NCBI GenBank assembly: GCA_963729605.1
Contig: CAVSNY010000007.1
Location: 320,001 to 384,000 of the forward strand
DNA from: an uncultured Gammaproteobacteria bacterium
GTDB lineage: Bacteria; Pseudomonadota; Gammaproteobacteria; DRLM01
DNA length: 64,000 nt
Direction: 5' to 3'
In this document: positions 43,390-53,078 of the stretch, in pieces
How the letters are laid out: each line of letters starts with the position of its first letter
How positions within the stretch are numbered: position 1 is the stretch's first letter
Program-made: the position numbers and the translations under genes
The notes under the pieces: model-generated
Databases searched by the model: none
What the model was told of the DNA's origin: nothing
The model's input: only the letters and a program-made list of their open reading frames with translations

Positions 43390-46300
43390 ACGAGGTGCGC
43401 CCTCGTGGCTTGATCGGGCTGTTCACGCAACACCGGGTGGCGGCCAATCTGCTGATGATTTTGATGATCATGGCCGGCGTGTGGGGCTTGGCCAAACTCA
43501 ATACCCAATTCTTTCCCAGCTTCACCCTCGACGTCATCAGCGTGCGGGTCATCTGGAGCGGTGCCGCCGCGGAAGATGTCGAGACCGGCATCACCATTCC
43601 CATGGAACAGGCGCTGCGGACCCTCGACGATCTGCACGAGATGACCTCCACCTCCGCCGACGGGGTCGCCGCGATCACCCTGGAATTCAAGGAAGGCGCC
43701 GACATGGACCGCGCCTTGGAAAAGGTCAAGGAAGCGGTGGATGTGCTGCGCAATCTGCCGCAAGACGCCGAGACCCCCGAGATCAGCCGGATGGTGCATT
43801 ACGAACCGGTGGCGCGCCTGCTGGTCAGCGGCCCCGGCGACCCGGCGGAGTTGCGTCATCTGGTGCGCGGCTTCGAGTCGCAATTGCTCGGGCGCGGTAT
43901 CGCCAAGATCGACATCACCGGCCTGCCCAAGGAGGAGATCGCGATTGAGGTGCCGGCCGCGCGGCTGGCGGAGTTGGGTCTCACCCTCGACCAAGTGGCG
44001 GCGCGGGTGGCCGGGCGCAGCGTGGACCTGCCGGCCGGCACCATCGGGCGCGACGACGCGGCGCGCCAGTTGCGCAGCCTGGATCAGCGCCGCGACGAGC
44101 GGGGCTTCGCCCAGCTGCCTTTGGTGGCGGATAACCAGGGGCGCCTGCTCACCGTGGGCGACGTGGCGAATATCCAGCGCCGGCCGCAGGATGATCAAGT
44201 CAGCGTGTGGCATGCGGGCCGCCCGGCGGTGGAGATGCTGCTCTACCGCACCGAACACGGCGATTCGCTGAAGTCGGCCCGGATATTTGAGCGGTGGCTG
44301 GCCGACACCCGGCCCCGTTTGCCGCCGGGGGTGCAGCTGATTCCTTATGACCAGGCCTGGCAGCTCATCGACGAGCGCATCAGTTTATTGTTGACCAACG
44401 GTGGCGGCGGCCTGGTGCTGGTGACGATCATTTTGTTTTTATTCCTCAACGGCCGGGTGGCGTTTTGGGTGGCGGTCGGTATCCCGGTTTCTTTTTTGGC
44501 CACGCTGGCGGTGATGTACGTGGCGGGCGGCAGCATCAATATGATCAGCCTGTTCGCCCTGATCATGGCGCTGGGCATCATCGTCGACGACGCCATCGTG
44601 GTGGGCGAGGACGCCCTCACCCATCATCAGCGCGGCGAATCGGCGCTGGCCGCCGCCGAGGGCGGGGCGCGGCGGATGCTGATCCCGGTGCTGGCTTCGT
44701 CGCTCACCACGGTGGCGGCGTTTTTACCTTTGATGCTGGTCGGCGGGCCGATCGGCAAGATCATGTTCGCGATTCCTTTCGTGATCATTTGCGTCATCCT
44801 GGTTTCGCTGCTGGAAAGCTTTTTAGTGCTGCCGGCCCATTTGCGCGGCGCCTTGGAAAAACGGCATCGCGCATCCAGTCCCTTGCGGCAGCGTTTGGAT
44901 GAGGGATTCGCGCGCTTCCGCGAGCGGCGGTTCCGGCCCGCCGTTATTTGGGTATTGGAAAACCGCGCCGCGAGTTTGGCGGCGGTAATGGGTTTGATGA
45001 TCCTTTGCATCGGTTTACTGGCCGGCGGCCGGGTGGGGTTTCATTTCTTCCCGGCGCCGGAGGGGACGGTGATCAACGCCAACGTGGCCTTCGCCGCCGG
45101 CACGCCCAAGCAACAGGTGGAAGACTTTCTCGCGCATTTGGAGGCGAGTCTGGCGGAGACCGACCGCGCCCTGGGCGGCGGGCTGGTGCGACACCATGTA
45201 GTGTATCGCGGACTCAGCACGGCGGCGGGCGGCGGCGCGGCGCGCACTGGAGAACGGTTTGGTTTGATCATGGTGGAGCTGGTCTCGCCCGATCACCGCA
45301 CGGTGCGCAATAAAGAATTCAGCGCCGCCTGGCGGGCGCGAGTGCAGACGCCGGCGGGTCTGGAGAATTTCACCATCTCCGAACGCCAGTCCGGCCCGCC
45401 CGGCCGCGACGTTGATGTGCGGCTGACCGGCGACCAGGCCGCGCGGGTGAAGGCGGCGGCGGTGGAGTTGACGGAGGCGCTCAAGGGCATTCCCGGCGTG
45501 GGCGCGGTGGAAGACGATATGGCCTACGGTCAGGAACAATTGATTTATCGCCTCAATCCGCGCGGCCAGGCCTTGGGTTTGGATATCGAGGCGGTGGGCC
45601 GTCAGTTGCGCGCGGCCTTCGATGGCCGTCTGGTGCAAGTGTTTCAGGAAGGCGCCGACGAGGTCGAGGTGCGGGTGGTATTGCCCGACGCGGAACGCAA
45701 TCGGCTCGCCACCCTGAACAGCCTGACCCTGGTCCTGCCCAACGGCGGGCGGGTGCCGCTCAATTCGGTGGTGACCTTAAGCGCGCGGCAGGGCTTCGAG
45801 GCGCTGCGCCACGATCAGGGCAAGCTGGCGGCCCATGTCACCGCCGAGGTGGACACCACTCAGAACAGCAGCGACCGCATCCTGGCCTCGCTCGAAGACG
45901 AGGTGCTGCCGGGACTGCGCGCCAAATACGGAGTGGAGACTTCGTTTTCGGGGCGCGCCGCCGATCAGGCCGAGACCTTCGGTGATATGCGGCTGGGTCT
46001 GGTGTTCGGCCTCGGCCTGATCTATCTGATCCTGGCCTGGGTGTTCGCGTCTTATGGCTGGCCGCTGGTGGTGATGACCGCCATCCCCTTCGGCTTGATC
46101 GGCGCGCTGGTCGGGCACTGGTTGATGAATATCGACCTTACCCTGCTGTCGCTGTTCGGGCTGTTCGGCCTGTCGGGGATCGTGGTTAACGACTCGATCA
46201 TTCTGGTCACGTTCTACAAAGAACTGCGCGCGCAAGGCATGGCGGTGAAAGAGGCCATCATCGAGGCCGCTTGCCAGCGGCTGCGCGCGGTGTTGCTGAC

Positions 46301-46505
46301 CTCGCTTACCACCATCGGCGGCTTGGCGCCGCTGTTGTTCGAGACTTCGCTGCAAGCGCAGTTTTTGATTCCCATGGCCGCCACGATTTGCTTCGGCCTG
46401 ATGTTCTCAACGGTGCTGGTGCTGCTGGTGATTCCGGCGCTGCTGTCGCTGCACGAAGGGCTGGCGCTGCGATTGGGGCGGCGTAGCGCGCCGGCCGCCG
46501 TTTAG
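43386..46505 (+). CDS. RND efflux permease (AcrB/AcrD/AcrF family)
   Basis: 1039 aa, GIIVDDAIVVGE, GIVVNDSI, RLRAVLLTSLTT. Confidence 0.94.
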   Translation: MNEVRPRGLIGLFTQHRVAANLLMILMIMAGVWGLAKLNTQFFPSFTLDVISVRVIWSGAAAEDVETGITIPMEQALRTLDDLHEMTSTSADGVAAITLEFKEGADMDRALEKVKEAVDVLRNLPQDAETPEISRMVHYEPVARLLVSGPGDPAELRHLVRGFESQLLGRGIAKIDITGLPKEEIAIEVPAARLAELGLTLDQVAARVAGRSVDLPAGTIGRDDAARQLRSLDQRRDERGFAQLPLVADNQGRLLTVGDVANIQRRPQDDQVSVWHAGRPAVEMLLYRTEHGDSLKSARIFERWLADTRPRLPPGVQLIPYDQAWQLIDERISLLLTNGGGGLVLVTIILFLFLNGRVAFWVAVGIPVSFLATLAVMYVAGGSINMISLFALIMALGIIVDDAIVVGEDALTHHQRGESALAAAEGGARRMLIPVLASSLTTVAAFLPLMLVGGPIGKIMFAIPFVIICVILVSLLESFLVLPAHLRGALEKRHRASSPLRQRLDEGFARFRERRFRPAVIWVLENRAASLAAVMGLMILCIGLLAGGRVGFHFFPAPEGTVINANVAFAAGTPKQQVEDFLAHLEASLAETDRALGGGLVRHHVVYRGLSTAAGGGAARTGERFGLIMVELVSPDHRTVRNKEFSAAWRARVQTPAGLENFTISERQSGPPGRDVDVRLTGDQAARVKAAAVELTEALKGIPGVGAVEDDMAYGQEQLIYRLNPRGQALGLDIEAVGRQLRAAFDGRLVQVFQEGADEVEVRVVLPDAERNRLATLNSLTLVLPNGGRVPLNSVVTLSARQGFEALRHDQGKLAAHVTAEVDTTQNSSDRILASLEDEVLPGLRAKYGVETSFSGRAADQAETFGDMRLGLVFGLGLIYLILAWVFASYGWPLVVMTAIPFGLIGALVGHWLMNIDLTLLSLFGLFGLSGIVVNDSIILVTFYKELRAQGMAVKEAIIEAACQRLRAVLLTSLTTIGGLAPLLFETSLQAQFLIPMAATICFGLMFSTVLVLLVIPALLSLHEGLALRLGRRSAPAAV

Positions 46506-46525
46506 AGCCTATCTCAATAGGCTCT
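46504..46525. terminator. hairpin between convergent stop codons
   Basis: AGAGCCTAT-CTCA-ATAGGCTCT touching both stop codons. Confidence 0.5.
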
Positions 46526-47112
46526 TAACCGCCGATACGGCCTTCGGCGCCGCTCATCAGGCGATGGATGTTGCCGCGGTGGCGCCACAGCAACAGCACA
46601 CTCATGGCGCCGGTCATGATCACTAGAAAATAGGCGCTGTGAATGTACCAGGCCACGAAGGGCGCCAGGCAGGCGGCGCTGACCGCGGCCAGCGAGGAGA
46701 TGCGCAGCACCTTGGCCACCAGCAGCCAGACGATCAGCACCGCCACCGCCACCGGCCAGGCCGCGCCCAATAACACGCCGAAGGCGGTGGCCACCCCCTT
46801 GCCGCCGTGAAAACCGAAATACAGAGGATAGAGATGGCCGAGGAAGGCGGCCATGCCCACCGCCGCCAGCACGTTGTCGTCCACTTGCAAGGCGCGGGCG
46901 GCGAGCACGGGGATGAGTCCTTTGGCCGCATCGCCAATCAAGACGACGGCCGCGACCTTTTTGCCGGCGATGCGCAGCACATTGGTGGCGCCGGGGTTGC
47001 GCGAGCCCTGGGTGCGGGGGTCGGGCAGGCCGAGTAATTTGCAGGTGATGATGGCGGTGGACAGCGAGCCCATTAAATAGGCGCCGAGGGTGAGCAGGAA
47101 GGCGGTGGTCAT
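46525..47112 (-). CDS. plsY: glycerol-3-phosphate acyltransferase
   Basis: GSRNPGATN, FHGGKGVAT, RHRGNI. Confidence 0.95.
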   Translation of the reverse strand: MTTAFLLTLGAYLMGSLSTAIITCKLLGLPDPRTQGSRNPGATNVLRIAGKKVAAVVLIGDAAKGLIPVLAARALQVDDNVLAAVGMAAFLGHLYPLYFGFHGGKGVATAFGVLLGAAWPVAVAVLIVWLLVAKVLRISSLAAVSAACLAPFVAWYIHSAYFLVIMTGAMSVLLLWRHRGNIHRLMSGAEGRIGG

Positions 47113-47213
47113 GGTGGGAAATGTCGGACTCGTTGATGGAGGTAGCGGTGCGGCCGCGCTTTTATCGGCGCGCCAATCCAATTATAGTGAGGGTTTTCCA
47201 AACCCTTGCAGCG

Positions 47214-47570
47214 ATGGACATTATATATCTACACGATCTTAGGATCGACACCGTGATCGGCGTCTTCGATTGGGAGCGCCGGGTCAAGCAGACCGTGATC
47301 CTCGATCTGGACATGGGCGGCGATATCCGCCGCGCCGCCGCCTCCGACGATCTCGCCGACACCTTGAATTACAAGGCGGTCGCCAAGCGGGTGATCGATT
47401 TCGTCGAACACAGTGAATATCAGCTGGTGGAGACCCTCGCGGAGCGGGTCGCCGAATTGATTCTGAGCGAGTTCGGCGTGCTCTGGGTGCGGCTGCGGCT
47501 CAACAAGCAAGGCGCGGTGCGCGGCGCGCGCGACGTGGGCGTGGTGATCGAGCGCGGGGTGCGGCGCTGA
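47214..47570 (+). CDS. folB: dihydroneopterin aldolase
   Basis: IGVFDWER, LNY, LVETLAE, GVVIER. Confidence 0.95.
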   Translation: MDIIYLHDLRIDTVIGVFDWERRVKQTVILDLDMGGDIRRAAASDDLADTLNYKAVAKRVIDFVEHSEYQLVETLAERVAELILSEFGVLWVRLRLNKQGAVRGARDVGVVIERGVRR

Positions 47571-47571
47571 T

Positions 47572-48075
47572 ATGGCACGGGTTTATGTGAGTATCGGCAG
47601 CAATATCGATCGCGACCATTACATCCGCGCCGGGGTGGCGGCCTTGCGCGAGCACTATGGAATGGTGTTTTTGTCGCGGATCTACGAAAGCGAAGCGGTC
47701 GGTTTCACGGGCGATCCTTTTTACAATTTAGTGGCGGGCTTCGACACCGAACAGCCGGTGCGGGTGGTGGCGGCCTCGCTGCGCGACATCGAACGGCAAC
47801 ACGCCCGCGACCGCCGCGCGCCGCGCTTCAGTCCGCGCACCTTGGATATCGATTTGCTGCTCTACGACGACGCGGTGGTGAACGACGGCGCCCTGCAACT
47901 GCCGCGCGACGAGATCACCCGCTACGCCTTCGTGCTGGGACCGCTGGCGGAGATCGCCGGCGCCGAGCGTCATCCGCTGATCGGACGAAGTTACGCGGAA
48001 CTGTGGCGGGACTTCGCCGATAAAGAGGCGCAGCCGATGTGGCCGGTGGAGCTTGAGGCGATGTTGAAAAAATAA
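47572..48075 (+). CDS. folK: 2-amino-4-hydroxy-6-hydroxymethyldihydropteridine diphosphokinase
   Basis: IGSNI, PRTLDIDLL. Confidence 0.93.
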   Translation: MARVYVSIGSNIDRDHYIRAGVAALREHYGMVFLSRIYESEAVGFTGDPFYNLVAGFDTEQPVRVVAASLRDIERQHARDRRAPRFSPRTLDIDLLLYDDAVVNDGALQLPRDEITRYAFVLGPLAEIAGAERHPLIGRSYAELWRDFADKEAQPMWPVELEAMLKK

Positions 48076-48151
48076 TTGGCCGCCAAGTTTTTTCTTCCAA
48101 GAATTTGTTGGCGTATTTGGCGGCTCACGTTCGTTCAATCAAAAACCGTGG

Positions 48152-48901
48152 CTAATTGCTCAGCGAACGTCCGCCGTCCACGGTCAACACTTGGCCGGTC
48201 ATGTACTCCGCCTCCGCGATGAGAAAGCGCACCGCGCCGGCGATGTCGCGCGGCTCGCCTTGCCGCTTGAGGGCGATGCGTTTGAGGATGTGTTCGCGGG
48301 TCGCCTCGCCGGCGTGTTCCGGCCAGAGGATGGCGCCGGGGGCCACCGCGTTGACCCGCACCGCGGGCGCCAGTTCGCGGGCCAGGCTTTTGGTGAGCAT
48401 CACCAGGCCGGCCTTGGCGATGCAATAGACCGGATAACCCTTGAGCGGCCGGTCGGCGTGGATGTCGGCGATGTTGACGATGCAGCCTTGCCGCGCCGCC
48501 AGCAAGGGCGCGGCGGCCTGCGATAAAAACAACGGCGCCTTGAGATTGGTGCCGAGCAAATCGTCCCACTGCCGTTCGTTGATGGCGCCCAGCGGAGTGG
48601 GATAAAAACTCGAGGCGTTGTTGATCAATACGTCGAGCCGGCCCCAGCGGGCGTGGCTTTGCCCGATCAATGCGGGCAAGGCGGCGGTGTCGAGGAGGTC
48701 GCCCGCGATGATCGCCGCGGAATCGGGCCGTTGCCGGAGCAGTTCATCGCGCAAGGCGGCGGCGTCCTCCGCCGAACTGCGGTAATGAATCATCACCCGC
48801 ATGCCGTGACCATGCAGGTGGCGGGCGATCACCGCGCCCACCCGCTGCGCGGCGCCGGTGATGAGCGCCACTTTGTCGGCGAGTGTATGATGCGTGTCCA
48901 T
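48152..48901 (-). CDS. pteridine reductase (FolM-like SDR)
   Basis: TGAAQRVG, NNASSF, YCIAK. Confidence 0.9.
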   Translation of the reverse strand: MDTHHTLADKVALITGAAQRVGAVIARHLHGHGMRVMIHYRSSAEDAAALRDELLRQRPDSAAIIAGDLLDTAALPALIGQSHARWGRLDVLINNASSFYPTPLGAINERQWDDLLGTNLKAPLFLSQAAAPLLAARQGCIVNIADIHADRPLKGYPVYCIAKAGLVMLTKSLARELAPAVRVNAVAPGAILWPEHAGEATREHILKRIALKRQGEPRDIAGAVRFLIAEAEYMTGQVLTVDGGRSLSN

Positions 48902-48962
48902 GGCGGCTCCCGGTGAGTGGCCGTTCACTGTAGCGCAAAGCCAAGCAAAACGAAATTCAGTC

Positions 48963-50153
48963 ATGAGCGAGCAATCGAATAAACCACCGCTGGACCTGCC
49001 GCCGCCCGGCGCGGAGGCCGAGGCCCATAGCGCGCGTTTGCGCGCACTCATCGTGGCGGAGATCGCCGCGGCGGGCGGCGCGATTTCCTTCGCGCGCTTC
49101 ATGGAGTTGGCCTTGTACGCGCCGGGCCTGGGGTATTACAGCGCCGGCGCGCAGAAGTTCGGCGCGGCGGGAGATTTCATCACCGCGCCCGAACTGTCGC
49201 CGTTGTTCGCCCGTTGCGTGGCGCGGCAGTGCGCGCAAGTGTTGCGCGGGCTGGGACAGGGCGATGTCTTGGAAGTGGGCGCGGGCTCCGGCGCGCTGGC
49301 CGCGGATATCTTGGCGGCCTTGGCGGAGCTGGACAGTCTGCCCGAACATTACTTCATACTCGAACTCAGCGCGGATTTGCGCGAGCGTCAGCAGCGCCTG
49401 CTGCGCGAGCGGGCGCCGCAGTGGTGGTCGCGGGTGGTGTGGCTGGAGCGTTTACCCGCCGCGCCGTTTCGCGGGGTGGTGCTCGCCAATGAATTGTTGG
49501 ATGCCCTGCCCGTACATCTATTCACCATTACCGAGGCGGGGCCGGAGGAGTTGTTGGTCGGCGAGACCGGCGGGACATTGCAATGGCGGACCGCGCCGCT
49601 GTCCGACCCGCGCTTGCGGGCGCGCATTGACGCGATACGACAGGAAGGTGAAGAGGGTTTGCCCGTGGGCTACACCTCCGAGATCAATCTCGCCGCCGAG
49701 GCCTGGCTGCGCAGCATGGCGGACGTGATGGAGATGGGCGCGATCTTGCTCATCGATTACGGCTTCCCGCGCCGCGAGTATTATCACCCGCAGCGCACGG
49801 GCGGGACGCTGATGTGTCACTACCGCCATCGCGCCCATGGCGATCCTCTGATCTTGCCGGGTTTGCAGGACATCACCGCCCACCTGGATTTCACCGCGCT
49901 GGCCGAGGCGGCGCTGGAGGTGGATTTGACGGTGGCGGGTTACACCACGCAAGGCGCGTTTTTATTGGCCACCGGCATCACCGAACAACTGGCCGCCGCC
50001 GAGGCGGAGGAACAGTTGCGGCGCGCGCAAGAAGTGAAGAAACTCACCCTGCCTCACGAAATGGGCGAATTGTTTAAAGTGATGGCGCTCACCCGCGGCA
50101 TTGATGAACCGCTGCTCGGTTTTGCGTGGCGGGATCTGCGGGAAAAATTATAA
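48963..50153 (+). CDS. SAM-dependent methyltransferase (MidA/NDUFAF7 family)
   Basis: GYY, GDFITAPE, EVGAGSG, NELLDA, IDYG, DITAHLDF. Confidence 0.92.
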   Translation: MSEQSNKPPLDLPPPGAEAEAHSARLRALIVAEIAAAGGAISFARFMELALYAPGLGYYSAGAQKFGAAGDFITAPELSPLFARCVARQCAQVLRGLGQGDVLEVGAGSGALAADILAALAELDSLPEHYFILELSADLRERQQRLLRERAPQWWSRVVWLERLPAAPFRGVVLANELLDALPVHLFTITEAGPEELLVGETGGTLQWRTAPLSDPRLRARIDAIRQEGEEGLPVGYTSEINLAAEAWLRSMADVMEMGAILLIDYGFPRREYYHPQRTGGTLMCHYRHRAHGDPLILPGLQDITAHLDFTALAEAALEVDLTVAGYTTQGAFLLATGITEQLAAAEAEEQLRRAQEVKKLTLPHEMGELFKVMALTRGIDEPLLGFAWRDLREKL

Positions 50154-50162
50154 AGGGAACAA

Positions 50163-50240
50163 GGAAGCGCCGAATAATTCCATCCTGGAATTCATTTCAA
50201 TGGCCAGCCGCCAGGCACCGCTGAATAAAGCAGAGGTGCC
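50163..50240. mobile_element. MITE copy 3 (internally deleted, degenerate)
   Basis: GGAAGCGCCGAATAATTCCATCCTGGAATT ... CTGAATAAAGCAGAGGTGCC. Confidence 0.65.
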
Positions 50241-50247
50241 TAAACAC

Positions 50248-51453
50248 TCAGGCGGCGTTGCCGCGTATCTCCAGGGCGGGTTTCACTTCAAGGAATTTGA
50301 CGATGTCTTCGTGGCGGGCCATGGCGTCCTGGTAACCCAGCGCGATCAATTCGCGGCAATAATCCTGCTCGAATAAAAGATAACTCAGCAGATTGGAACC
50401 GTTGGCGCTGAGGGCGCCGATCCGTTCGAGCATGAAGCGGATGGTGCGCGGCAACCGTTTGGCGTGACGGGCCGCGATATTTTCCAGTTCCTCGCTGGGG
50501 GCGATCACGAAGGCGTCGATATGGCGCAAGGCCACCCCGCCCTCGGAACGTTCGCTGGGTGGAATCAGGCTGATGGTGCGATTGATCCGGCGCAGGCGTT
50601 CCAAATCCGCTTCCAGGGTGTCGAGAAATATGCTGCTCAACACGTGGCCGGCGATGCGCGCCACCGAAGGATATTCTTCGGTGTTGACCCGCTCCGCCGT
50701 TTCGTAGGGTTGATTGCGCGCGCCGACGATGAACAGGCGGTCGGCGCCCATGTGCAGCGAGGGGCTGATCGGAGCGATCTGGCGCATGGAGCCGTCACCG
50801 AAATATTCGCGATGAATCATGATGGCTTGAAAGACCAACGGAATGGCGGACGAGGCCATCAGGTGTTCGATGCCGATTTGCGCGGGACAACCGATGCGGC
50901 GGACGCGCCGCCACGGGGTGATGTCATGCCGGCCCTGATAGAACGTCACCGATTGCCCCGAGGTGTAGCCGGAGCAGGTGATGCCCAGTGCGTGCAAATG
51001 GCCCGCGTCCACCGCGTGCTGGATGTGTTTGAAGGCGAGCTTGGCGCTCAGCAGTTCGGACAAGGGGGTGCGGTCGAGCAGGGCGTGAGGATTGTGTTTG
51101 CCGAGGCCGCCGAACACCATCGCCGCCAGCCATTGCGCACTGGTGGCGAGCACGCCCAAGGCGTCGGTGCGGAAGACCTGATGCGCGCGAAAATTCTCCC
51201 ATACATTCACCAAACGATGGACGCCCAGGTGAAAGTCGGCGGCATGGATGGCGAGGGTGGCGCCGTTGATGGCGCCGGCCGAGGTGCCGCTGATCACCGG
51301 AAATGGATTGGAGACGCGGCGCGGCAATACAGTGGAGATGGCCTTGAGGACGCCGACTTGATAGGCGGCCCGTGCGCCGCCGCCCGCCAATAATAGACCG
51401 GTCTTGTTGGATGGCGCTGGATGTTGTGCCGGATTCGCCATGGCCGTGTTCAC
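50248..51453 (-). CDS. patatin-like phospholipase
   Basis: GGGARA, GTSAG, DGS; start codon uncertain. Confidence 0.9.
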   Translation of the reverse strand: MNTAMANPAQHPAPSNKTGLLLAGGGARAAYQVGVLKAISTVLPRRVSNPFPVISGTSAGAINGATLAIHAADFHLGVHRLVNVWENFRAHQVFRTDALGVLATSAQWLAAMVFGGLGKHNPHALLDRTPLSELLSAKLAFKHIQHAVDAGHLHALGITCSGYTSGQSVTFYQGRHDITPWRRVRRIGCPAQIGIEHLMASSAIPLVFQAIMIHREYFGDGSMRQIAPISPSLHMGADRLFIVGARNQPYETAERVNTEEYPSVARIAGHVLSSIFLDTLEADLERLRRINRTISLIPPSERSEGGVALRHIDAFVIAPSEELENIAARHAKRLPRTIRFMLERIGALSANGSNLLSYLLFEQDYCRELIALGYQDAMARHEDIVKFLEVKPALEIRGNAA

Positions 51454-51589
51454 TCTGTTGCCGTATGCAGGGGCCGAATCAACCGCCGCTTTTAATTATC
51501 ATGTCGGCACGCGGTGGAGTTTTATGACCCCGCGCCGGAGGATTCCGATAGTATGCACCGCATGGAGGAGCAGGGGATGTTTAAGGCGC

Positions 51590-51997
51590 TTATTTATTCC
51601 AGCACCGGCGTTGCGCGTCGGTGGTGACGACCGGGCCGTTGGCGGTGATGCTGAGCGCGCCGCAGGGATCGCCCGCCTGCGGACCGCCGGACTTCGGCGT
51701 GGCGGTGGCGGTGAAGGCGTTGGCGGCGGCGGCCGTAATGGCCAGGGTGTAATACCCTTCCGAGGAATCGCTGCCGCTCCAACCCAAGTTGCTCAGACTG
51801 TTGGTGTAGGAGGTGTTGTTGGCCCGCCATCTTTCCTGGAGGGTTTGAATTTGCAGCAGACTGGTCATGGCATCGGCGCGGCGGCTTTTCCTCATCGAGT
51901 CCTGATAGGCCGGGATGGCGATGGCGCCGAGGATGGCGATGATGGACACCACGATCATCAGCTCTATCAAGGTGAAACCGCGTGCCTTTTTACTCAT
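51590..51997 (-). CDS. type IV pilin, PilE-like
   Basis: G|FTLIEL prepilin site, SRRADA, C-terminal Cys pair. Confidence 0.9.
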   Translation of the reverse strand: MSKKARGFTLIELMIVVSIIAILGAIAIPAYQDSMRKSRRADAMTSLLQIQTLQERWRANNTSYTNSLSNLGWSGSDSSEGYYTLAITAAAANAFTATATPKSGGPQAGDPCGALSITANGPVVTTDAQRRCWNK

Positions 51998-52228
51998 GTT
52001 GGTCATGTGGGGCCTTGCCTGCCGATGGGGTGAAATACGTCCATTAAGCGACGCCGCCATGCCTGACGGGTCTGTCAAAACTATCGGCGGAGGGGCTGAT
52101 AGCTTTAACTTGAAACTGGCGACCACTTCACGGTTTTGACGGTTTTGTAAGATGAGACGCGCATAACGCTGCGTGATCGACGCTGGTTTGAGGCTGGCCG
52201 GCTCACGCTCTAGGCTGTGAGGTGTTTC

Positions 52229-52262
52229 AAAAACGCAAAGGCAGCCGAAGCCGCCTTTGCGT
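52229..52262 (-). terminator. rho-independent terminator of the nrdJ operon
   Basis: ACGCAAAGGC...GCCTTTGCGT stem with a T run on the minus strand. Confidence 0.7.
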
Positions 52263-52292
52263 ATGGAGTTTTGAGGACACGCCGGATTCAGC

Positions 52293-52994
52293 TCAGCCGC
52301 ATTTGGAATCGCCGCAATTGAGACAGGTCAGGCAGCCGTCCATGATGATGGCGGCCTTGGTGTGGCATTTGCCGCACAATTGCGCGGCGTCGGGAAAACC
52401 GCTGTTATGGCTGGCACCCTCGGCATGGGCCTTGTCGTATTGGGCGCGTTTTTCCGCGATGAGTTTTTTCTGGTGTTCGTCGGGACCGTCGTTCTTGATC
52501 AGGCCGATCATGCGCAGGTGATTCTCGATGGCGTCGCCGATCTCCGCCACCAGCGACGGCATGTATTTGCCGCCTTTTTTGAAATAGCCGCCGCGCGGGT
52601 CGAACACCGCCTTGAGCTCTTCCACCAGGAAGGTGACGTCGCCGCCCTTGCGGAATACCGCCGAAATGATGCGGGTGAGCGCGACGATCCACTGGAAATG
52701 GTCCATGTTCTTCGAGTTGATGAAGATCTCGAAGGGGCGGCGCAGTTCGTGGGGCGTGCCGGCGTTGAGCACCACGTCGTTGATCGTGACGTAGAGGGCG
52801 TGTTCCGACAGCGGCGTCTTCACCTTGTAGGTGGAGCCGACCAGCATGTCGGGCCGCTCGATCTTCTCATGCATGTGAATGACGTTGGAATCATCCTCAT
52901 CGCGCGCCGTGTTTTGCACGGCGGCGGCCGGCGTGGTTTCGTCGGCCGAGACTACGCTGTATTTGACGATTTTTTTCTCGATCTTGATGCTCAT
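52293..52994 (-). CDS. nrdJb: NrdJb / TSCPD domain subunit of class II ribonucleotide reductase
   Basis: RPFEIFINSK, C-terminal CGKC...CLTCLNCGDSKC. Confidence 0.9.
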   Translation of the reverse strand: MSIKIEKKIVKYSVVSADETTPAAAVQNTARDEDDSNVIHMHEKIERPDMLVGSTYKVKTPLSEHALYVTINDVVLNAGTPHELRRPFEIFINSKNMDHFQWIVALTRIISAVFRKGGDVTFLVEELKAVFDPRGGYFKKGGKYMPSLVAEIGDAIENHLRMIGLIKNDGPDEHQKKLIAEKRAQYDKAHAEGASHNSGFPDAAQLCGKCHTKAAIIMDGCLTCLNCGDSKCG

Positions 52995-53078
52995 GTCGGG
53001 CTCCTTGCAGGGGCGTCCTGTCGGTCGGCGCTGCGCGCCGGGTCGGTGGGTGCGCTGCGCTCACCCACCCCGCAGTAG

